DNA of 12,855 bases from Dehalococcoidia bacterium (GTDB lineage Bacteria; Chloroflexota; Dehalococcoidia; Lucifugimonadales; UBA3495). How positions within the stretch are numbered: position 1 is the stretch's first letter; every line of letters starts with the position of its first letter. Below, one piece after another: positions 6,831-12,855 of this stretch. The notes beneath the pieces are model-generated. The model ran no database searches. It was given only the letters and a program-made list of their open reading frames with translations, and was not told the origin of the DNA. The stretch is taken from NCBI GenBank assembly GCA_030740155.1, contig JASLXV010000047.1, positions 1 to 12,855 on the forward strand. Reading direction: 5' to 3'. The position numbers and the translations under genes were made by a program.

Positions 6831-7757
6831 TTATTGCTGGGCCGGCGCCGGCGCCGGGTTGTAGATGCCTTTGGTTAGGACGTCCCGAGCCTGCGGGGCC
6901 AGATCATCCAGATTCCAATGGCCGCTGGCCTCGTAGATGGACCGCTCCGACCTGGGCTGCGACATCAAGGACACGCTGTTACCGTAGACCAGGAAGGTCT
7001 GGGCGTTGATGTTTTGGGCATGGTCGCTCGCCAGGAAACAGACGAAAGGGGAGATCCCGTCAGGATCCAGGTGCTGCAACTCACCTTTTACGTCCAGGCT
7101 GGCGACACCGCCCCGGGCGCGCATTTCCGCCGCGCTGTCCGGGATGTTGCCGATCATCCGGGTGTAAGCTCTGGGGGCGATGGAGTTGCACGTCACACCG
7201 TAGCGCCCCAGGTCCCGGGCCACGACCTTGGTAAAGCCGGCGATGCCGGACTTGGCCGCGCCGTAGTTGGCCTGGCCCGAGTTGCCCACCAGGCCCGACT
7301 GGGAACTGAAGGTTATGATCCGCCCGGAGCGTTGCTGGCGGAACAGAATGGAGGCGTTCTTCACCACGGAGAAGGTGCCCTTCAAGTGGACGGCGATAAC
7401 GTCGTCCCACTCCTGTTCGCTCATGTTAAAGATCATCCGGTCCCGAAGAATACCGGCGCAGGTGACCACGATATCCAGCTTGCCGTAGGTGTCGACGGCG
7501 GTCTGGACGATCTTCTCTCCACCGGACATGGTGGCCACCGACTCGGTGCAAGCAACGGCGGTCCCTCCCGCCGCCTGTATCTCGGCGGCCACCACCTCGG
7601 CAATCGATTGGTCGAAGCCGCTGCCGTCCACGTTCACACCGGGGTCGACCACCACCACCTTGGCGCCCTCTTCGGCCATCAGCTTGGCCACGCCCCGGCC
7701 GATACCCCGGCCGGCGCCGGTGACGATGGCTACCTTGTCTTTCAATTCGTCAACCAT
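6831..7757 (-). CDS. Classical SDR, NAD-type; (3R)-hydroxyacyl-CoA dehydrogenase/MFE-2-like (paralog A)
   Basis: Motifs TGAGRGIG, VVVVD, AGILRDRM and GQANYGAAK. AAGGAGG SD precedes the ATG at 7757. Confidence 0.9.
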   Translation of the reverse strand: MVDELKDKVAIVTGAGRGIGRGVAKLMAEEGAKVVVVDPGVNVDGSGFDQSIAEVVAAEIQAAGGTAVACTESVATMSGGEKIVQTAVDTYGKLDIVVTCAGILRDRMIFNMSEQEWDDVIAVHLKGTFSVVKNASILFRQQRSGRIITFSSQSGLVGNSGQANYGAAKSGIAGFTKVVARDLGRYGVTCNSIAPRAYTRMIGNIPDSAAEMRARGGVASLDVKGELQHLDPDGISPFVCFLASDHAQNINAQTFLVYGNSVSLMSQPRSERSIYEASGHWNLDDLAPQARDVLTKGIYNPAPAPAQQ

Positions 7758-7869
7758 AGCCCCTCCTTCAACTTAGAAGTGTCACCAGTGGCTGCCGGCC
7801 AATTTGGGTTGCGCCGGCTGCTCGGTGGCGGCCATTCCTGGAACCTGGACATTTCACGTGCGCATTTCA

Positions 7870-7899
7870 AGTCTGTATCGGGCTGAACCAGGCTGTCAA
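7870..7899 (-). promoter_or_regulatory. Possible sigma70-type promoter for the SDR pair
   Basis: The minus strand has TTGACA (7899-7894), an 18-nt spacer and CAGACT (7875-7870). The -35 is perfect but the -10 is weak. Confidence 0.4.
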
Positions 7900-8027
7900 G
7901 AGCTGTTTCGCCCAACTGCTTCCTCGTTGCCCTCGGGCGGCATGGAGGTCTCATCCATCGGCAAGCCGGCCCAAATCATGCGGAGCTTCAGGATAGGCAC
8001 GTCGAACCAGACCGGCGAGGATCTATT

Positions 8028-8196
8028 CAGAGCCTATCCAATAACCGGCCGCTACATTTCGACAGGTCCGACTTCGTCGAGACTCCCGGCCCCGGCATGT
8101 CGGGGTCGAAGCTCACCCGAACGGGAAAAATCCGTCCGCCCTGAGCTTATCGAAGGACCAACAGCAGCCTCCTATGGAACCGCTGGATAGCCTCTG
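8028..8196. mobile_element. MITE-like element (169 bp) with terminal inverted repeats and internal palindromes, copy 2
   Basis: Left end CAGAGCCTATCCA (8028-8040) and right end TGGATAGCCTCTG (8184-8196) form a 12/13 inverted match. Internal hairpins are present and the element is homologous to 153-242. It has no coding capacity. Confidence 0.65.
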
Positions 8197-8207
8197 GGAG
8201 CCCTGGG

Positions 8208-8648
8208 TCAGGCCGGAGACTTCCGGGAGGGCAGGGCCACCGTCGCCGAGCCGGGGGTGGTCTTTTGGGCCTCCTGGTTTTCCAGCCAGATGTTGCAGTC
8301 CACCAGGTGCTGCCCGTCTTGCTCGTACTTCTTGGTCACGCTCCCCTTGGCGGAGATGGGACTGCCCGGCTGGTCCATCCCGCGGTACTGGCAGGATAGC
8401 CGCTTCAAGACCCCTTGCGGTCCCATCCAGGTGGTCGCGAACTCGCCCAAGAACGCGTTCTTCAAGGCGCCGTGGATGATCACCCCGTCGAGGCCGGTGC
8501 CCTGGGCAAAATCCTTGTCGTAGTGGATCTCGTAAAAGTCCCCGGAGGAGCCCGCGTACTGCACCAGTTGGCGGGTGGTGGGATTCTTCACCAGGGGCGG
8601 CATTTCCGTCCCCTCGCTTACGTCTTCCCAATATACTTGTTCGGCCAT
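8208..8648 (-). CDS. MaoC-type hot-dog (R)-specific acyl-CoA dehydratase/hydratase, catalytic subunit (HadB-like)
   Basis: The hydratase-2-like motif YAGSSGDFYEIHYD (D-x4-H) is followed by IIHGAL. GAGGGG SD, 10 nt after the partner's stop. Confidence 0.88.
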   Translation of the reverse strand: MAEQVYWEDVSEGTEMPPLVKNPTTRQLVQYAGSSGDFYEIHYDKDFAQGTGLDGVIIHGALKNAFLGEFATTWMGPQGVLKRLSCQYRGMDQPGSPISAKGSVTKKYEQDGQHLVDCNIWLENQEAQKTTPGSATVALPSRKSPA

Positions 8649-8658
8649 GGGATACCCC

Positions 8659-9117
8659 TCAGTAGCGGATTGAGGTAGCGGTCTGGGTAGCGGCCACCTG
8701 ATCGAACTGGTTGCGGTAGGTAATCACCACAGTGGTGATCAGCATAGGGCCCAGGCGGCCGGCGCGCTCGGTGATGTTGGAGACGTGGGCCACCGCGGTG
8801 ATTCGGTCGCCGGGGCGGACCGGTTCGAAATACTCCCAGTCACTGCCCCCGTCCAGGGCCCGCTCGAAGGGAATATCGAAGGGTAGGTCCGGACGTCCGG
8901 CTTTCGCGGAACGCAGGAAGGTCGGCGGCGCGATCAGACCGCCGTACTGGCTCTGGCGGGCCACCTCCTCGTCGTTGAACAGGGGGTTGGCGTCCCCAAT
9001 GGCCTCGGCGAACCTGATTATAGCCCCTTTTTCGATATCGATGGTCACGGGGGGACTCTCGACGCCGATGGCTTGCTGTCGCATTTCTTCGGTCAGGAAA
9101 GGTGCTGGCGTAGTCAC
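8659..9117 (-). CDS. MaoC dehydratase N-terminal-domain protein (HadA-like partner subunit)
   Basis: Motifs IEKGAIIRFAEAIGDANPLF, APPTF and LDGGSDWEYFEPVRPGD; it lacks the D-x4-H His. GGAGGT SD 5 nt before the GTG at 9117. Confidence 0.88.
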   Translation of the reverse strand: MTTPAPFLTEEMRQQAIGVESPPVTIDIEKGAIIRFAEAIGDANPLFNDEEVARQSQYGGLIAPPTFLRSAKAGRPDLPFDIPFERALDGGSDWEYFEPVRPGDRITAVAHVSNITERAGRLGPMLITTVVITYRNQFDQVAATQTATSIRY

Positions 9118-9147
9118 GGAATACCTCCCTTTCTCTATGCAGGCCAA

Positions 9148-9176
9148 AGTCTACAGCCAGCGGTTAATGGTGTCAA
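9148..9176 (-). promoter_or_regulatory. Sigma70-type promoter for the MaoC pair
   Basis: The minus strand has TTGACA (9176-9171), exactly 17 nt, then TAGACT (9153-9148), about 30 nt upstream of the GTG start. Confidence 0.75.
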
Positions 9177-9308
9177 GAAGTCGCCCGGCGAGGGAGGGTT
9201 CGGGCTCTGCCGGTTCTCCAAGATTGCCCAGTTGTCCGCCGTGCCATCAGGTGTCCAGGAGGTGTCCGCCCTTGGGCCGCAGGCGCAAATCGGGCCGCCA
9301 TCAGCCGG

Positions 9309-9338
9309 TTGGACGCGCCGCTCCTTTCAAGGTATTAT
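9309..9338 (+). promoter_or_regulatory. Possible sigma70-type promoter for the LLM operon
   Basis: TTGGAC/TGGACG, a 17-18 nt spacer, then TATTAT (9333-9338), in the only AT-rich patch upstream of LLM1. Confidence 0.4.
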
Positions 9339-9474
9339 TGGGGCACTTTGCCGGGGCCGGGGAGAAGGCACGGGCCGGGACCACCGGCGCCGCCATACCC
9401 ACCGGCTGGAGACCCTCGCGCCGGACAGCGGGGAGGCCCCCGGCAAAGGCTGGCCAGCAATGGAGAGGTGGTTC

Positions 9475-10419
9475 ATGAAGTACGGCTTCTACACGCCCAA
9501 TGCCGGGGTCACCGGGGGGCGGCCCGACTCCCTCGCGGCGATAGCCCGGCAAGGCGACCAGCTAGGCTTCGATTACATGGTCTTCCCTGACCACGTGGTC
9601 CAGCCCAAGAACATCTCCTCCCCATACCCCTACACCGTCAAGGGCGACTTCGCGGGCGGCGAGGAGGGCGGTGGTGAGTGGATGGAACAGCTCACCACCC
9701 TGGGGTTCCTGGCCGCGGTCACCGAGCGGATCCAACTGGTGACCAGCGTCATGATCGTCCCGCACCGGCCCGCGCTGCTCACCGCCAAGATGCTGGCCAC
9801 GATCGACGTGCTCTCCAAGGGGAGGCTCATCGTGGGCGTCGGCGTCGGCTGGATGGAAGAAGAGTTCCTGGCCCTGGACGCGCCGCCCTTCGCCAAACGA
9901 GGCGCGGTGACCAATGAGTACCTGAGGGCCTTCAAGGAACTCTGGACCAACGACTACCCCACCTTCGATGGCGAGTTTGTCCGGTTTTCCAACCTAACGT
10001 TCCTGCCCAAGCCGGTGCGCAAACCCCATCCACCCATCTGGGTCGGCGGCCAGAGCCGGCCGGCGATCCGGCGAGCGGCGCAACTGGGCGACGCCTGGCA
10101 CCCGGTGGGGGCGACTCCGGCGACGCCCCTGGAGCCGGAGCAACTGGCCAGGGACATCGCCACCCTCCACGGGTACGCCGAAAAGGCAGGGCGTGACCCC
10201 GCCGAGATCGAGGTGGCCATGAAGGCGCCTATCAAGGACCCTGGAATCGCCGCGAGCGGGCCCCGCCGCCGTTTCTCCGGAACCGCGGACGACGTGCGCC
10301 GGGACATCGAGACCTACTCCGAATTGGGGGTCGGCCACCTGATATTCGACATCCGGAAGCCCGACTTGAGCCAGACGCTAAAGACCATGGAGTGGTTCGC
10401 CGAAACGATAATGGTTTAG
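9475..10419 (+). CDS. LLM-class flavin/F420-dependent oxidoreductase (Rv2161c-like), paralog 1, 314 aa
   Basis: Motifs GFDYMVFPDHVV, LVTSVMIVPHRP, GRLIVGVGVGWMEEEF and PKPVRKPHPPIWVGG. The start is set at the ATG at 9475 by the GAGGTG SD and by alignment with paralog 2 (MKYGFY). Confidence 0.92.
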   Translation: MKYGFYTPNAGVTGGRPDSLAAIARQGDQLGFDYMVFPDHVVQPKNISSPYPYTVKGDFAGGEEGGGEWMEQLTTLGFLAAVTERIQLVTSVMIVPHRPALLTAKMLATIDVLSKGRLIVGVGVGWMEEEFLALDAPPFAKRGAVTNEYLRAFKELWTNDYPTFDGEFVRFSNLTFLPKPVRKPHPPIWVGGQSRPAIRRAAQLGDAWHPVGATPATPLEPEQLARDIATLHGYAEKAGRDPAEIEVAMKAPIKDPGIAASGPRRRFSGTADDVRRDIETYSELGVGHLIFDIRKPDLSQTLKTMEWFAETIMV

Positions 10420-10507
10420 CGCGCCGGACCGGCACATCGCCAGGAGACCCTCGCCCAGGCCGGCAAGGCGGACCCGACGAACGTTGGACAGCACTGGGAG
10501 GTGAATC

Positions 10508-11449
10508 ATGAAGTACGGCTTCTACTCGCCCAATTCCGGGTCCACCGGGCGGCCCGACGCCCTGGCGACAATAGCCCGGCAAGGCGACCAGCTAGGTTTC
10601 GACTACATGGTCTTTTCCGACCACGTGGTCCAGCCCAGGGGCATCACCTCCCTGTATCCATACACCGTTAAGGGCGACTTTTCGGGCGAAAAAAGGGGCG
10701 GCGGAGAGGTGCTGGAGCAGCTCACCACCCTGGGTTTTCTGGCCGCGGTCACCGAGCGGATCCGGCTGGTGACCAGCGTCATGATCGTCCCGCACCGGCC
10801 CGCGATGCTCTGCGCCAAGATGCTGGCCACCGTGGACGTGCTCTCCAAGGGGAGGCTCATCGTGGGCGTGGGCGTGGGCTGGATGGAGGAGGAGTTCGTG
10901 GCCCTGGGCGCGCCGCCCTTCGCCAAGCGAGGCGCGGTGACCAATGAGTACCTGAGGGCCTTCATTGAACTCTGGACCAACGACAACCCCACCTTCGAAG
11001 GCGAGTTCGTCCGGTTTTCCAACCTGACGTTCCTACCCAAACCGGTGCAAAAACCCCATCCACCCATCTGGGTCGGCGGCCAGAGCCGCCCGGCGATCCG
11101 GCGGGCGGCGCAACTGGGCAACGCCTGGCACCCGGTGGGGGCGACTCCGGCGACGCCGCTGGAGCCGGAGCAACTGGTCAAGGATATGGCCACCCTCCGC
11201 ATGTTCGCCGAAAAGGCGGGCCGCGACCCCGCTGAAATCGAGGTGGCCATGAAGGCGCCTATCTATGACCCGGATGTCACCTCCACCGGTGGCCGCCGCC
11301 GTTTTTCCGGGACCGCGGACGACGTGCGCCGGGACATCGAGACCTACTCCGAATTGGGGGTCGGCCACCTGATCTTCGACGTACGGAACCACGACTTGAG
11401 CAAGACGCTGAAGGCCATGGAATGGTTCGCTGAAGTGATAATGGCCTGA
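10508..11449 (+). CDS. LLM-class flavin/F420-dependent oxidoreductase (Rv2161c-like), paralog 2, 313 aa
   Basis: Same motifs as paralog 1 with a GGAGGTG SD. About 85% aa identity to paralog 1 by manual count. Confidence 0.92.
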   Translation: MKYGFYSPNSGSTGRPDALATIARQGDQLGFDYMVFSDHVVQPRGITSLYPYTVKGDFSGEKRGGGEVLEQLTTLGFLAAVTERIRLVTSVMIVPHRPAMLCAKMLATVDVLSKGRLIVGVGVGWMEEEFVALGAPPFAKRGAVTNEYLRAFIELWTNDNPTFEGEFVRFSNLTFLPKPVQKPHPPIWVGGQSRPAIRRAAQLGNAWHPVGATPATPLEPEQLVKDMATLRMFAEKAGRDPAEIEVAMKAPIYDPDVTSTGGRRRFSGTADDVRRDIETYSELGVGHLIFDVRNHDLSKTLKAMEWFAEVIMA

Positions 11450-11530
11450 CGGGCCAGACCGGCAAGCTGCTCTGAAGCTACCTCACCAGAGGGCCGTAAA
11501 GCCACCAGCGGATCCCGAGGAGGCATCGTT

Positions 11531-12337
11531 TTGGCTACGTTGGAAGAGCGATACGAGGAAGGCCAATCGATGCGCGCCCTGATGGCTGGGGGCGACCTCA
11601 GTCATTTCACGCTGCCGGGGATCGACCAACTGGCGCCGGACTTGAAGCGGATTATCGACGAAGCCCTCTTCGGTTCGATCTGGAGCCGCCCCGGGCTCGA
11701 TGTCAAACACCGCTGCATCTGCACCATCTCGGCGTTGATGGCCATGGGGCAGCTACCCTTGTTGCGCCGGCACATCGAACGCTGCCTAAACCTGGGCTTG
11801 ACCCCGGAGCAGGTCGTCGAGGTGTTCATTCAGTTGACCTTCTACGTCGGCGTGCCGGCGGTGGAGGCGGCGATGCGGATCACCAAGGAGGTCTTCGAGG
11901 TGCGCGGGATCCAGTTCACTCCCACCCGGGTGTACGACACCACCCAGACCGCCGAGGAGCTGCACCAAACGGGGGCCCAGACCTACGAAGAACACATGGG
12001 CGACCCTTTGGCCTACTACGCCGGCCATCCCACCGCCGAGGCCATGCAGCAGTTAGTCGTCGAGTACCACTGGGGGGCCATCTACACCCGCCCCCACCTG
12101 GATGCCAAAAGCCGGGCGATCTGCGCCCTCTCCGCCATGACCGTCCAGGGCCGTTATAACCGGCAGATTCGCCGTCGCATCGAGGGGGCGCTACGGGTCG
12201 GAGTCACGCCTACCGAGGTCCTGGAAGTGTTCGTCCAGACCATGTTGTACGGCGGGTATACCGGCGCCCGCACGGTCATGCAAATCGCGGGATCGGTGTT
12301 CACTGAACTCGGCATCTCCATGGAGGATGGGAGCTAG
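11531..12337 (+). CDS. Carboxymuconolactone decarboxylase (CMD/AhpD-like) family protein with two tandem domains
   Basis: Repeat 1 is FGSIWSRPGLDVKHRCICTISAL..HIERCLNLGLTPEQVVEV..YVGVP. Repeat 2 is WGAIYTRPHLDAKSRAICALSAM..RIEGALRVGVTPTEVLEV..YGGY. GAGGAGG SD precedes the TTG. Confidence 0.88.
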   Translation: MATLEERYEEGQSMRALMAGGDLSHFTLPGIDQLAPDLKRIIDEALFGSIWSRPGLDVKHRCICTISALMAMGQLPLLRRHIERCLNLGLTPEQVVEVFIQLTFYVGVPAVEAAMRITKEVFEVRGIQFTPTRVYDTTQTAEELHQTGAQTYEEHMGDPLAYYAGHPTAEAMQQLVVEYHWGAIYTRPHLDAKSRAICALSAMTVQGRYNRQIRRRIEGALRVGVTPTEVLEVFVQTMLYGGYTGARTVMQIAGSVFTELGISMEDGS

Positions 12338-12341
12338 TGCT

Positions 12342-12460
12342 TGGTCAACCTATTGCTGATAGGTGTCATTCAGAGCGCAGCGAAGAATCTCGTTGTTACG
12401 CTGAGATTCTTCGCTACGCTCCTCAAAATGACATCCTGCCAAAACGAGGTATATTGACCA
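12342..12460. repeat. REP/MITE-like long palindrome (GTCATT..GAGCGCAGCGAAGAATCT type)
   Basis: 19 bp stem 12373-12391 / 12403-12421 with one mismatch, extended by TGTCATT 12364-12370 / AATGACA 12427-12433, and bracketed by TGGTCAA 12342-12348 / TTGACCA 12454-12460. Confidence 0.75.
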
Positions 12461-12511
12461 CCAATCTCACCGGCCCTCTCCGGCCGGCAGGTAGACCAAC
12501 CGGAGGCTGTT

Positions 12512-12855
12512 ATGAAAGTAAGGCTGGATGACGGCGCCGAGCTGTTTTACAAGGTGGACGACTTCACCGATCCCTGGACCGCGCCGGAAACTGTGGTCCT
12601 GCACCACGGAATGGCCAAGAGCCACAAGCTGTGGTTCGCCTGGATTCCGATCATTGCCCGGTACTACCGGGTCGTGCGGCTGGACATGCGGGGCATGGGG
12701 CAGTCTTCGGTGCCCCCGCCGGATTACCCCTGGTCGCTGGACAACTTCGCCGACGATCTCCTGGGCTTTCTGGACAAGCTGGGGCTCGAAAAGGTGCACC
12801 TGATCGGCGAGACCGTCGGCGGCTCGATCTCGATGCGCTTCGCCACCCTGCACCA
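12512..12855 (+). CDS. Alpha/beta-fold hydrolase, 5' part (runs off the window; absent from the ORF track)
   Basis: Manual translation: MKVRLDDGAELFYKVDDFTDPWTAPETVVLHHGMAKSHKLWFAWIPIIARYYRVVRLDMRGMGQS..FADDLLGFLDKLGLEKVHLIGETVGGSISMRFATLH. It has the HG oxyanion motif, DxRGxGxS and a GGAGG SD. Confidence 0.92.
   Translation, partial: MKVRLDDGAELFYKVDDFTDPWTAPETVVLHHGMAKSHKLWFAWIPIIARYYRVVRLDMRGMGQSSVPPPDYPWSLDNFADDLLGFLDKLGLEKVHLIGETVGGSISMRFATLH

Noticed and set aside
9073..9474. 134-aa N-terminal extension of the 448-aa ORF
   Set aside because: It overlaps the MaoC start and both candidate promoters. The paralog starts at MKYGFY, and a strong SD precedes 9475.
12337..12803. ORFs 12337-12531 and 12528-12803
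   Set aside because: The first translates the palindromic repeat. The second is an alternative frame of the real hydrolase starting at 12512.

Overview
High-GC bacterial chromosomal window, most consistent with Chloroflexota/Dehalococcoidia (SAR202-like). That lineage call is inferred from gene content only. The left half (1-5630) is mostly housekeeping. On the minus strand are PAP2 phosphatase, CvpA and an HNH nuclease with a PLMP/RRXRR-like N-terminus and no RuvC (IshB-like), preceded by a nested-stem intergenic region. On the plus strand are cmk, plsC, a 72-aa hypothetical protein and a dGTPase. The right half (5888-end) is a catabolic block. On the minus strand, a MaoC/hot-dog dehydratase pair is followed by two tandem SDR paralogs, together resembling a split Fox2/MFE-2. 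Divergent from these are two tandem LLM-class (probably F420-dependent) oxidoreductase paralogs, a double-domain CMD/AhpD-like protein and a truncated alpha/beta hydrolase with Thr at the nucleophile position. The intergenic regions hold three kinds of REP/MITE-like palindromic repeats, one of them present twice about 7.9 kb apart. I saw no rRNA, tRNA, CRISPR array or transposase.
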